From contig NMRA01000451.1 of the NCBI GenBank assembly GCA_002633005.1, positions 290,892-354,891 on the forward strand: a DNA stretch of 64,000 nt. The letters run 5' to 3'. How positions within the stretch are numbered: position 1 is the stretch's first letter; every line of letters starts with the position of its first letter. The translations under genes and the position numbers were made by a program. The notes beneath the pieces are model-generated. The model did no database searches. It was given only the letters and a program-made list of their open reading frames with translations, and was not told the origin of the DNA. This document shows positions 26,999 to 38,757 of this stretch, piece by piece. This DNA comes from Phoronis australis. Taxonomy: Eukaryota > Animalia > Phoronida.

Positions 26999-27202
26999 TC
27001 AAGTAAACGAATGGTGTACGTCATTACCGTCTCCTATTACATCGTCGTCCTTCAACCCCATACACTTCACCAGTTCATCAGCGGTTATTTTCTTGTTTCT
27101 ATCCGCGTCACAGTAATTCACAAAGTTTCTTCCACATTTCCTTAGCTTTTTGTGTTTCCTTATTTCCTTCTTGAATCGTTTCCTCTCTTTTTTGTCTATA
27201 AC
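26999..27202 (-). CDS. SMOC: SMOC exon 13, EF-hands of EC domain 2 and stop codon
   Basis: VIDKKERKRFKKEIRKHKKLRKCGRNFVNYCDADRNKKITADELVKCMG...; acceptor ttacag. Confidence 0.93.
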   Translation of the reverse strand, partial: VIDKKERKRFKKEIRKHKKLRKCGRNFVNYCDADRNKKITADELVKCMGLKDDDVIGDGNDVHHSFT

Positions 27203-27774
27203 CTGTAAGTGTCCACAAGACAGTGACAATTAAGACACTGGACATCCTCGAAATTTGCCAGTTGACATTGTCAACATTTTATGTCGTTGCGGCAGGCCAC
27301 GCACTTGTTAGTATTTTTGTTAAAGAATGAGATGTATTGGAAGGTGACCTTGGCAACTTTGCCTGCATGATGATAGTTCTTGCAAGTACAAGTCAAGCTA
27401 TTGCGGACGGAGTGCCAACGAATAGCGAACAACAAATGTGCTCAACCTAATGTACATGTACACCAACGACATCCTCAGGAAATCATAACAGACAATACAT
27501 GTATGAGCATTCTGAATATTCTTCTAATGATATTCCTCATACTCAGTTGTTTCGTACATGGGACTAACTTTTCTGAGCACGTCTGGTTTACTACTTTCCG
27601 CCAGTAAAATGAGAGTAAATGTGTGAACTCAAAATACTTGTGTTTATTTATCGCAAATGGCGAAACCGGAAGGGCTAACAAAAATAGTCAAACGAATAAC
27701 TCGCGTAAAATAATAAACCGGAAACCAATAGTGGCGTTCCTTGATATTCCAGTTATTACTTAAGCACCATTTAC

Positions 27775-27962
27775 CTTGTTGTTGTTTTTGTCCAACATAA
27801 CTAACTTCCACCTGACTACCCGTTCTTCTAAGGAATAGTCGGGGTTGTCTTCCGGTCTCTTGCGCGGATCCGTGCTACCATTGTGCAGATATGACATCAT
27901 TTCCGCCGTTAACGTGTCTAGCAGTTCCTGCAGGAACGGAGCTTTGGCACTGGTCGGACAAC
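27775..27962 (-). CDS. SMOC: SMOC exon 12, N-terminal part of EC domain 2
   Basis: GCPTSAKAPFLQELLDTLTAEM...SLEERVVRWKLVMLDKNNNK closely matches the SMOC1/2 EC motif; phase 1-0. Confidence 0.95.
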
Positions 27963-28434
27963 CTTGAGGGAAGTAACACACGCGTAATCGCAACTGTTGT
28001 ATTAGTGTCATTTGATGATGAGGAAACTTGAGCTTACGTGTGTTCACTTGTTACTAATATTGTCGACAAGTTAAACTAACAGGCCCATTGATCACGTCTT
28101 TCCGGGTGAAGTGGATCATACGATATATCCCAATTGCACTGTGTATGAATCAAGCTACTACAGTAAGCCGTTGTTTTGATATCCTATACGTGCACGCCAA
28201 TTATATTAAGGCGTAATCTATTAACGGGTTTGAGTTCTTTTACTTATTGAAGCATCTCAAAATTTTTATAGAAAATGGGTAAAGTTTGAAATAAATAAAA
28301 GAATCTCAGGAAAATTACCGTCAGCGGGTGTGCAGAACTACCAGCCCTACTGGCGACGGCGCTAACTAAAAGTTCAAAAGCTGTCGTCTAACACAGCAAC
28401 AATTGTTACCTATCAAAATTCACCACACTTTTAC

Positions 28435-28698
28435 CTTTATACGCATTCTTGGGTGTCTTTTTGCCGCCTTTTCTAGGTGGTTTACCGTCGCAGACCGGCA
28501 TTACCTTGTGAGTGGCGGTCCCAGGGATTGGTCTTCCTGTGTTCTCATTGGCGCACCAACAGAAGCTTGTAGAATCGTGACATTGCTCTTTTCGATACTT
28601 CCCGTTGTCTTGGCAACGTGGTATGTAAATTCCACTGGCCGGGTTTGCTTTGTTTGCTTCTTCAGCTACGCGTCTTTCTTCGTTACAGTCGTTTAGTT
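28435..28698 (-). CDS. SMOC: SMOC exon 11, thyroglobulin type-1 domain 2 (6 Cys)
   Basis: DCNEERRVA...IYIPRCQDNGKYRKEQCHDSTSFCWCANENTGRPIPGTATHKVMPVC; acceptor ctgcag, donor gtaaaa. Confidence 0.95.
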
Positions 28699-28863
28699 CT
28701 GCAGAAACGGTTTTGATTCACAACAGTCGTAATATCTATTGACAGTTTTACTTACGCTTAGAAGCTGTGAGTTATGCATTATCCGTGATCAATAGAGGGC
28801 AACTAACTGGTGCTTAGAATTATTGCATCCTATAAGAAGCAAAGCACCACTGAAATTACTCAC

Positions 28864-28980
28864 TGTCTTCGTTGTCGGATCCCCTCTCATCCGCAGGGTC
28901 TTTCCTACGTCCTGGCTTCAGTCCTATCCTCTGGCGATTTCCTAGAGTTGGGCCGCTGCTGGATGTGTGGAAGCTGTCGT
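28864..28980 (-). CDS. SMOC: SMOC exon 10, linker (DDSFHTSSSGPTLGNRQRIGLKPGRRKDPADERGSDNED)
   Basis: Acceptor atttcag, donor gtgagt; phase 1-1. Confidence 0.8.
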
Positions 28981-29550
28981 CTGAAATGAGATGTTCACTA
29001 TCATACAGTTGTATACAAAGCACATTGACTTCCTTGGAGGGCTCAAGCCTGCCCACGCACAAAATTCTTCTCTCGTGCACGATATTGCACTCTCACGGAC
29101 GCATATTCCCCACTCTCGGACCGTTATCCTGTCTCGCAGACTAACCTTGTTCCATCACGTTATTCCTTGCCCGTGGTGCAACTTCCTCCGCTTAGTCACA
29201 AACTCGTCGATCGAGTTGCGGCGCTACTTTTGTTGCTGTTCATTTTTTCAATAAATTAATTGAATGGCTTGTAAAATCGAACAAAAATAGCCTTCATTTC
29301 TCTACATAATGTGAAAGTCATCCCGTTTACCAAATTTCTTTGCAAAAATTATGGTACACTTTATCAAAAGCCCGTGCTCACCGGATAACGGCATACGAGG
29401 ACAACCGACAAGCATTGTGGAAAGTGAGTTCAACAGGATTTTTGCTGTGTTTTAACCACGTTGTCAATATCCGAATAATTTGGTGGAAGTCACTCCTGTA
29501 AAAAACTTGTTGAATACGCGATTAATAATTTCCATCGAACTTCTCTCCAG

Positions 29551-29988
29551 CTCTCTGTATCTTTGACGGTCGTTCGCAGCGCAACAATAGAGCAAACGGC
29601 CAAGAGACATAAATAACAGCAAGATTTCGAAACTGTTTTTGTCTTGTCCTTGAGCAAAAATTAAATCACAGAGTCAAAAGAATACATTACGTGACCCACT
29701 CAGTGCTAGCCAATTGCGGCGAGGAAATTTATACCTACTTGGGAAACAAAGTCATCGTGCAATTTACAGGGATGCGCTCTGTTTTCATAGTATGTGCGCT
29801 GCTGTTGGTTTCCATCTGAGTGGCTTCGTCGCATATTCTTGTAACCTTGTGTCATTTTACTTTTGCTTAAAGATGAGACCAGAACAGTCTCGAAATATAG
29901 CTGTCATTAGTCATGTCGTTAGTTTTCTTATGTCTCTTGGCCGTCTGCTTTATTGTTGCGCTGCGAACCGTCGGCCCTCAAACAGAGA
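29551..29988. mobile_element. Foldback element with about 140-bp imperfect inverted arms, in a SMOC intron
   Basis: ttcgcagcgcaacaatagagcaaacggccaagagacataa versus ttatgtctcttggccgtctgctttattgttgcgctgcgaa. Confidence 0.85.
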
Positions 29989-30988
29989 GATCAAGCGAAT
30001 TTCGTTGAAAAATACTAATTGTGAGCATTGCGTGGTCAACAGCTTTTTTTCTATATTGTTAATACATGAACACTTGATTTGTTATTGTTTTCATTCTATA
30101 TCTCAAAGGACGTAGTTGTAATATGATTGCGTCTAAAATCGAGAATTATCGAAAAATTGACCGGAATGTGTTCTCTGAGAAGAGCATTTTCACATTAACT
30201 GATTTGTGCGTAAAGATTTTATATCAGGTTACGCAAAATGGCCCAAGAGAAGATCAGTTTGTGAGGGTAAAGAATAACTCCCGTTATTGGAATAATGTGC
30301 GGGGTTGGTCCATTCGCGAGCAAAGAAATATGTCCGCAAGAAGCGAAAAGGGTTTCGGGAGGGGTAAATATGCCCCCGTGAGGGGAAAAGTGTACGCGAG
30401 AGAAAAATTTTGTGCGTGGGCAGCTGAGAGGCGTGCGCGGGAAGAGAAGTCCAAGTGCCTTCATATAGCTACTGTTTACCGCAATAAACGATTACTGAGA
30501 CGGTTTGTCATCCGAACGCGGTTTCAGAAAGGACCAGCGAGTGCTTTACGGGGATGAAGGATGGTCTGCGAGAAACATTTGAAATACTAAAAGAGGACTG
30601 TGACAATAACCTGACAACCACTGTGCGCCTTATGTTTAAAAGGTTTTTAAAAAATCTTTTGCCATCATTGACACGTAGACTAAGCAAAGACAGTGTACAA
30701 CAAAAGTTTATAGACTGCAGAGAACAGGCCAGGTGGCCATCTTACCCTCCAAGATGACAACTAGAACACAGTTTGTTTGCCTAATGTGTGAGCTACTGTT
30801 GATTGTTAAAGAAGATACCTCGTTCAGTGCAACAAAGGAAGAGAAACTAGAGTGCACAGTAGCGTTTACCTGCGGACCTGTCGGTGACATGTCTACCAAG
30901 AGCCAACGTACCAAGAATCCTAATGCTGGCCACAAGAGCTCGCAACAGAACTTTAAGTAACAGTTTGCTCTCTTTGCCGTTGTCTTAC

Positions 30989-31045
30989 CATTAGGGTCTC
31001 TTCTGTCTTGTCCACTGGCCGTCCCAGTCTCCAAATCCTCAAGGA
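30989..31045 (-). CDS. SMOC: SMOC exon 9, linker (VLEDLETGTASGQDRRDPN)
   Basis: Acceptor ttgttcttag, donor G|gtaaga; 57 nt, phase 1-1. Confidence 0.65.
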
Positions 31046-31454
31046 CTAAGAACAATTGGACACTGTTGTGTTATCCAATGACAGTGACAAATGGAATAAT
31101 GTAACGTGGGCTGTACTTTGCCTCTTGTGCTTTAGGTCACACCGTCAGCTTTATAGTGTTGCATGACGTAGACGCATACACACGTAAAGCATATGTACAC
31201 CAAAAACGTTAATGTGGGACATTTATTGTAACAACCTGAGCTCAGTCTCGAGAGAAGTGCCATTCTCTGGTAAAATAGTGGCCGAATCTCCCAGGTCTTC
31301 AGTAGGCAGAAGCAGGGGTAAAAGCGAGTCAAGGGGCAGACACCGGACAAACAGGGTACTACGGGATTTAGGTCACCGCTAGCAAAGCATGGGAACGTGC
31401 CACCGATCGCTTGCCAATACAGCCTTTGGTAGACGATCAGACAGGTCAACTTAC

Positions 31455-31478
31455 CTGGAGTGGTAGTCAGTCTTGGGT
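31455..31478 (-). CDS. SMOC: SMOC candidate exon 8, 24-nt linker micro-exon (DPRLTTTP)
   Basis: Perfect donor CAG|gtaagt; weak acceptor (aagcag); phase 1-1. Confidence 0.45.
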
Positions 31479-31855
31479 CTGCTTTCCAGACAAGGGTGAC
31501 GTAACAGACGGATATAGTTACCAGTAAATCTCGTGTGTCACTTTACCTGTAGGTTGTTAATTGGTTACTAACCTCGCGTCTCTAGCCCTTGGCATATTTT
31601 TCATATTGTTTACTTGCGTTCCGTGAACGGAATAAAATATTTTACTCGCCTCATATGTACTGTAGGTGGCGTCCCATGCGGCATCAACATCCACGCGTCT
31701 TTCTAGATACTGCATTTTAGTTCGTGGAGAAATTCAAAGACGTGGAGATTCTCAAGCAAAAGAAAGGTTAAAAGAAGGCTACAGCTACCGGCAAACTGGA
31801 TGATGCATGCCAACCATCGAATGCGACTAACACGGCTACTTAAATGTCGACTCAC

Positions 31856-31912
31856 CTCGGCGAATCTGAGTGCCAAGCGGTCTTTCATTGGCTTTAAATC
31901 TAGGCTGCTCAT
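31856..31912 (-). CDS. SMOC: SMOC exon 7, linker (DEQPRFKANERPLGTQIRR)
   Basis: Acceptor ttcag, donor GAG|gtgagt; 57 nt, phase 1-1, open frame. Confidence 0.7.
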
Positions 31913-32154
31913 CTGAATTGAGTGATAAAAATAAACGAAACATGGGTGTGCAGTGATATTCTTTACAGCTCAATACTTTGCTCGTGACCCGGCATAGTCA
32001 TATAGCATTCTACAAGTGTCAAATCCATGCGTCATATGCTAAGACTGTTCCACGTTATAAGTTACAGACTGGTCCAAAGGCGTTTTTTTAAGCTGTATCA
32101 GAACTGACAGACTGCTCTACAAAATGCTGACAGGTGTATTTTTACGGGATCAGT

Positions 32155-32240
32155 TAATAATAATAGTAATAATATTAATCATATTAATATTAAGAATAAT
32201 AACAATAATACTAATAATGCTAATAACATTAGTAATAATA
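32155..32240. repeat. Degenerate (AAT)n microsatellite
   Basis: Visible in the sequence. Confidence 0.8.
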
Positions 32241-33556
32241 GTCATGATAAATATGTACTTGGTGCCCAAGACTCCTCAAAATTCGACCTACTGAGAAGGA
32301 AACTTTTTTAGCAAACTCGAATTTTTGGATTTGCGGTAGTCTGACAAACTGGGGGCGTTCTTTTTAAGACACTTAGTAGCATTTTCTGTCGGCGAATGTT
32401 GAACTTCTTAAAGGTAATCACTCCTCTCTGTGAAAATGTTTGAAATTATGTTGCGTTATCTTGAAATGCTCAGTTTCATAATTTTGATTTGTATGTGATT
32501 TACCACTGCAACTAATTGAGTATACTAACTGCAGCCGAGCGAAGCATTACTCTTGCCGCGGGCATGCCAAGAAACACTTGATCAACCTCATAAAATACAT
32601 TCATGAACTAAACTCGTTTCCTTGTGGCTAACACGAAGTTTGAACATACACATGCACGCAAGTGCGCGCTCATACACACTAAGCACTCCAGAGTTTTTGA
32701 ATAGGTCTCTGTCAAGAGTTTGCGACGCAATTATGTTTTTTGCGTTCTCTTGAAAGCGTGACTGACGTTTGGCAGTCGGGCAAAGTAAAGGTTATACAGT
32801 GCAATTGTTCCGGCCTATCAAGCGAAAGTTGCACGCTAAAAGCCAGATGCCCCGGGGCCCGTACGGATAAAATAATGACAGTCCACCAGGAGTCGTTTGC
32901 GAAGGCTAGAAAGCTCAGCTCACTACAACCAAATAATTTAATAGAGCACATTAATGTTAGAAATTAGAACTGACGGAATACTGGTTAAAGGGCATTTGAT
33001 GTGAAACGTGAAGCGAAGTAACAAGCTACAAACTTAATGTAACGAATATAAGCTACTAAGGACGAAAGCTACAAGCAAGCAGAGACGGCACAAGCATACA
33101 TGTACCAATGATCAACTCTAAAAGCTTTAAGCAGGACAGACTACTGAACGCGCACGACCCTGAGTCACTCATTCGGCAGACTGCCACTATTTTTCCAATG
33201 GCAATCGTTTGGATTGTAGGTCTAATTTCGCACGTTTCTGCGCATGGGTAGAGGACATTCAGGTGACCAATGCCAAATGAACAATGTGAATTCTTTTATG
33301 AACAAGTTGTAATAACACGTAAAGCTTGTTGGGTAATTAGTTCCAACTAACAAAAGACAATAACTACGCTTTATTTGAATGCCGGGGAAATTAAATGGAA
33401 ATGAAATTACAATAGGACAATTAAATCTGTAGTGTCACTAAGATAATATAGGTGAGTCTCATCAGTTAAAACTTTACAACTTCATTCAAAACAGCCCGGC
33501 TACAATTTCAGAACATAAACCGCTGTTAAACAATTGCCGATTGTGAGATAACTTAC

Positions 33557-33823
33557 CTCCCTTGAAATCAACACCCAAGCACAAAGACCATTCTTTCCGT
33601 TTAATTCCGCCGTCTCCATTCAGATCACAATAATTGACAAAGGTTTTAGCACATGCTTTTGGTTTCATAACTTGTCGCACCATCTTTTTCAACGATTTAA
33701 GTTCACGTGATTTCAACGTTCCGTCTTTGTCGTTATCTAGCTCTGTGAACTTCCATTCAATAACTTTTTTCTCGGGGGACGCAAGTATCGATTTCTCCTC
33801 CGCGGCTCGGATGGGTAAGCCAT
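33557..33823 (-). CDS. SMOC: SMOC exon 6, EF-hand pair of EC domain 1
   Basis: VIEWKFTELDNDKDGTLKSRE...KPKACAKTFVNYCDLNGDGGIKRKEWSLCLG; phase 1-1. Confidence 0.95.
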
Positions 33824-34097
33824 CTGCAGAAAATGGAATGAATCTTTCTGTGGTTGCAGACCAGACGAAACGTTCAGGAATCCTGACAGCTATTTTACAC
33901 GCTGATTTTTAAAAGTTTATGTAGGAAATTATGCTTTTTCTTGAACTTAGATAAAACGCTTAAACATACATGTACGTATATACTCAAGTATGAGACCGGA
34001 AAATGTCTCCCAAACTTACATAGGCCCCCAAGTCGGAGAGAAGTCTTATTGGCAATTCCAGATTATCCAGTAAGCGTAACTGCAGGTTATTAGTACT

Positions 34098-36488
34098 CAG
34101 TGGTGGATCTACGGGGGGGTTCAGGGGGTTTAAACCCCCCCTCGGGCCAGGACCCAAAAATCAAAAATAAACAAAAGCGTATCCAGCAAAACAAAAACGG
34201 CACCGCCAGCGCGTGTAAACCCCAAGTAAACCAACTTGGAAAAAATTGAGGGGGGTTCACTCTGAAAATATAGTTTTTTGCATTGTGAATTGCTGAGTTG
34301 TGGCTCATCGGCAAAACGCGCGGGGATTAATTGTGCGCGCGCTTCCGTCGACACTTCTGAAGTAGCCAAGTATTTTAGATGGATTCACCGCTGAAAGAGC
34401 AGTTCTATAGCTGATTTCTTTAGGTAACTAGCTTCTTTACTCTAAGATATATTTTGATTTGATTAGGGGAAATACTGCGGTGCCGCAACCCTGATATTCA
34501 GGCGAATTGACGTGCAACGTTTTTACCTCATCTGTCATGCCGTGTCATTCTATTACACTCCACACGTTTGTAACTGATGTATAGTAAAGTTGTCTTGCGC
34601 AATATCATACAGTGTACATGTACATGTAATATTGTGTACATGTACATGTAATATTTTTGAAAAAAAATCTTTTTCCGAAGAATTGCTATTGTGGCGGGCG
34701 CCGTGGTCTGGTCGCGAGTCCGTTTGAAGACACACTCTATAACAAGTTATGTCTATACAAGGAATGACCAAGGGGGCACTCACATTGAGAAAGTGACCGC
34801 ATTCGCGAAAAGTGTACAGTACCAGAAATTGCGGGGAGGCTGTTCTTTCACAACAAAGTCTTGCGGGACTCGTGCAATGTTCAATAGGCCTCCTAAGGAG
34901 CCCTAGTTCCGACCTCAACACCTACCGTCTGTCTACCTGCAATAAGCACACTGCCGTCTTCTATACTGGGAATTTCCGCAGAAAGGCTCACCCGATGAAA
35001 CGCTCATGCCCATGGGCATTTATTTGATATTAGTACTTCGGGTTTCAAGCGTTCAGACATTGGGACGTTTATTTCGAAAATTGCAAGAGATGCAAATAGG
35101 TCCTGGGATGCTTCGTCAAGGTTTGAAGTAGTCCATGATGAACGGATCAAATTTAGTTGCGCATGTAAGTCTTTTGAATGGACTTGGCAACCTCAAGGGT
35201 CTCAGTGTCAACTGAGCTGCGAAACGAGATGCTGACATTGTAGAGGCTTACAAGCTCATTGACACAGCAGTTGACGAAGTGCAAGCGTTGGGAACAAATA
35301 TCAAAGATATCTGGGTAGAATGGTTGCAAGACGAGCAAATCATTGGATCCGATATACAAATTACTCGGCAGTCTAGACAACAGAAGGATAGGACTAACGT
35401 ATGAGTAACCACTGGGGATTAAAATTTTAGAGAAAAGTTTTCAATTCAAAATTTTTTTGCATAGTACACTTTAGATCTCGCGACGGACCAGGCCAGCTTG
35501 ATTCGTGTAAATGTTGAGTTTCAGTGTACTTCTGGTCCCTCGGCGAACTAGTCTTGTGATTTTTTTACCAAAGTGTGCTTTGTAAAACTATTTATCTCAG
35601 CCAGTAATGTTTGGTCCCGCGACAGATCGACTATTTTTATAGGGATAATAAGCACAGGTGTACTGTTGGTCTCGTGATGGACCAGGTCAGCTTTTTGTGT
35701 ACTCGCAGAGTACATCTGGTCCCTCTGCAAACTAGTCCAGAGTATCTTTTCACCACTGTGCACAGGATGTTTTGGTTTCGTGAAACTGTTTTCAGATGAT
35801 TTGTTTCCTGGTAGATTTGACGTTTTTCAATTGTTGTCAACGTGATTCAGCTTAATAAAGTAATACCTAATGATTTATTGTCGCTTTTAATAATAGACTA
35901 TGAGTTGAGAATACCATCGTTCGCCAGTTTTTCTCGTAACGAGACAGAACACATGTTTATTTCCGGACTAACAGTACAGGTCTTCGTTCTTAAACAACTG
36001 GAGGCTGCTGTTACGCGATCATTTGAGAATCAAGTTTTTATGCCCTGTCGGTGCTCCTTAATTATGCTCTTGAATATTTGGAAATTGTCTAAACCCCTGT
36101 ATACACACCACACTTTTTCGTATACGACTTTTCGTATGCTAAAATACGTGTGTGTAAGCAGATGTTCCAACAAAAAATTTTGCTGGTGGCGTGACTCATA
36201 CCCAGATGTGCACAATATGGTTTCACGAAACTTATGAGCCAAGTTCATGTGACGAAATCGAGAAGAGTTTTTAATTATCTTAAGAAAAACTCCAGAGACA
36301 TGTTAAGTGTCAGAAACTGACCAGGATGCATGGAAATTTCACTATTTGGCTACAAAAACAAAAAAATATCTTACACGGGAGGGGAAACCCCCCTGCCGAC
36401 CTTCCACCGCTCGGCGCCACGCGCCTAGGATTCGACCTTGGCGGGAATCTTAAACCCCTCCCTTGCTGAAAACGTAGATCCGCCACTG
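34098..36488 (+). mobile_element. Internally deleted THAP-hAT DNA transposon in SMOC intron 5
   Basis: TIRs cagtggtggatctacg / cgtagatccgccactg enclosing decayed transposase-like peptides. Confidence 0.7.
34865..35400 (+). pseudogene. Decayed hAT transposase, THAP12/PRKRIR-ZMYM1-like
   Basis: THAP-like DLNTYRLSTCNKH..RLTR*NA..LFDI; hAT-like NRSWDASSRFE and LKGLSVN*AAKRDADIVEAYKLIDTAVDEVQAL..IWVEW..ITRQSRQQKDRTNV; contains stops and frameshifts. Confidence 0.7.
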
Positions 36489-37009
36489 AGTAGCCCGCAT
36501 ATACCGAGGATTTTGTCTTGCAACTACAGGCCCGTCGCTTGATACTGCATTTGGGGTGGATGTCGAAGCCATTTGGGTGGCTGAAAATTGTGGCCACTAG
36601 TGGGACATCTTGAAAACTGTGTCCACGGAAGAATTCGTGGCAATCGGGGCAAAGGAGCCACTCAAATCACCAGAAAGCCGTGAAAAACCTTAGTCCGGCA
36701 CTGCTTATAAAATACTCAACAATATAGATACAGAGTTTCGTACGTATACAAATATACCCGTAGATCTATAGAGGGGGTTTCGTACAGTGCTGAATCATTA
36801 GTCTTCCGATCTAGCAGATTTTATGTCCGAGTATTTACGGTATCCAATTAAACAGAGAAAGAAAAATTAAGCGCTAATACTTGGCGTAGTAAACTAATTT
36901 CTCGACACCTGTTGTTTCGCTTTGAAACTAGGCTCTGTTCATGTTTCAAATTCTTGCACAAGCAAATCAAAGCGCATCAAAAATATGCTGCCCTGTTTTA
37001 AACACCTAC

Positions 37010-37126
37010 CTGGAAATATACCGTGCGGATCTATTTTTGAAGTTGGTCGCGGTATTCGAGAGAATTCTTCCGAAAACAGGTCAATCAAATTTTTGTTAAA
37101 ATCGGTTCTCTGTTTTGACGAGCAGC
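37010..37126 (-). CDS. SMOC: SMOC exon 5, first helix of EC domain 1 (GCSSKQRTDFNKNLIDLFSEEF...)
   Basis: Typical GC..F...L...F..E start of an SPARC-type EC domain; acceptor ttttcag, donor gtaggt. Not in the ORF track. Confidence 0.9.
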
Positions 37127-37539
37127 CTGAAAATAGAAGGTGACAATTACGTCAAGTTTAAGAAACTCCACGGTCGACATAACTTTAGTATCAATTCATT
37201 TGGTTTCATTTTATTTTATTTTACTTTATTTTATTTTGTAGCTATCAAGATCTTGATAATTGTAGTTCAGCAAGAATTCTGGTATTATATTATATTAACT
37301 ACGCACATGTAAAAATAAACGCGCATTCGCGCTGCAGAAGCGACTAATAGAGCTACGCGTATCTCCGTTGTCAACTTTGTCGAATGTCCGTGAGAAAGTC
37401 GTATCCTGGCGAAAACTGGAAAGGAATCTTTGCTGATTGTTTTACAAACAAAATCGCCCCGTGAGGCCTAATACAGAGTAAAAACATGACTTTCAAGCTT
37501 ATGCAAAAGCAGTTATTGGCAATGACATTTAATAGCAGT

Positions 37540-37755
37540 AAAATGACAAAACTTTTCACGAGAATATTCATGTTTGAATACATACATCTACACACCCTGT
37601 CAGACGTTTGGTGTTCCTTGGTGATTGCTGTAGTTTTCTGCGTAGCCATTTATTGTATTTATAGTCACTGATGATGCTTGACTGGAGTTCAGCGAAACGT
37701 CTGGTAGTATATATATCCAAATATACATGTTCTCGTGAAAAGTTTTGTCGTTTTA
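37540..37755. mobile_element. Small foldback/MITE
   Basis: taaaatgacaaaacttttcacgagaa / ttctcgtgaaaagttttgtcgtttta. Confidence 0.75.
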
Positions 37756-37954
37756 GTCATGGTTTTATGTCTTCCAACCACCAAGATGGCCATTTGTCCC
37801 TTGCATTAGTGGTCTTTTGCCTTTTTATAGCTTCCACTTGACGGCATCAACATAGCAATACGGGAAAATGCTGAAGAAAAATTCCGCTTAGTTCCTTCAC
37901 GTCCGTGAGAGAACAAGCAAATGCAGCAGAACAAAAAGTACCGTAAGCTCTTAC

Positions 37955-37990
37955 CTTTGCACCCAGGACAGGATCTTGGATTGCCACCTA
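37955..37990 (-). CDS. SMOC: SMOC exon 4, 36-nt micro-exon (VGGNPRSCPGCK); tandem CAGTAG acceptor
   Basis: Acceptor ttttatttcag, donor AAG|gtaaga; phase 1-1 and frame-preserving. Confidence 0.7.
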
Positions 37991-38757
37991 CTGAAATAAA
38001 ACAACCGATGATAATCACATGAATGATATATCATCAAACTGCATCTAATTGGACTTGACGTTTACTACGTCACCAAGCCGCAGTCTAGACAGTCACATTT
38101 ATGAATAAGCTTATCTTCTTTTTAAAGTAGGTGAAATATTTCTTGCAGCAGCCACAGATCCGGAATTTATGCGGACATGGAGAATGCTGTCTTTGCTCAC
38201 GTACATAGCGAGCTAGTGTCGTTAACTGGCTATCGCAGCGTGGTATACTCTTGCACAAGCGTTTTGTCCACTCTTAACAGGCGTAGTGTTTGTTTGTATA
38301 TTGTCACAACAATTAAAATTCCTTTTGACAAATACAACATGTCAATGACCAAATATCCAAGCTTAATTATAACCCCTGAGAGTTTGACACTATGTAAAAC
38401 AATATTTCAAAGGCATTATTAAATTATTCTATCCAAGAATTGAAAGCGTTAACAACTTTAACTTTTTCGCTAACTATGATACAAAGGACCGGTGTTGAGA
38501 GCGCCATTGTCGTTTTATTAGACACTTGGCGAAAAACGCATGAACCAATTCCCATGATTTCACGCTGTGCTTGTTACAACAGTGAATTTGTGTTTAGTCT
38601 TGCGACAGTCCCACCGTTCCTGCCATTTCTGAAAGAATCGCTCAACGCAAGTTTACATCGAACAGCACAGGCAAATTCCAGACAGAATTAGTTTTTCCTA
38701 AAAAGTATTTTAAGGAACACGCTTGCACTAAATAATTGTGCTGTCGGTGCAAGTTAA

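Noticed and set aside
30123-30557. 144-aa ORF antisense within a SMOC intron
   Set aside because: No recognisable domain or splice support; probably chance or repeat-derived.
30708-30988. Read-through of SMOC exon 9 into a hydrophobic stretch (LWPALGFLVRWLLV), a possible membrane-anchored isoform
   Set aside because: The downstream donor CAG|gtaaac is phase 0 and incompatible with the next exon; the hydrophobic run is short and interrupted.
34784-34936. Minus-strand AG...GT pair that looks like an extra SMOC exon
   Set aside because: In-frame TAG in the required phase; lies inside the hAT relic.
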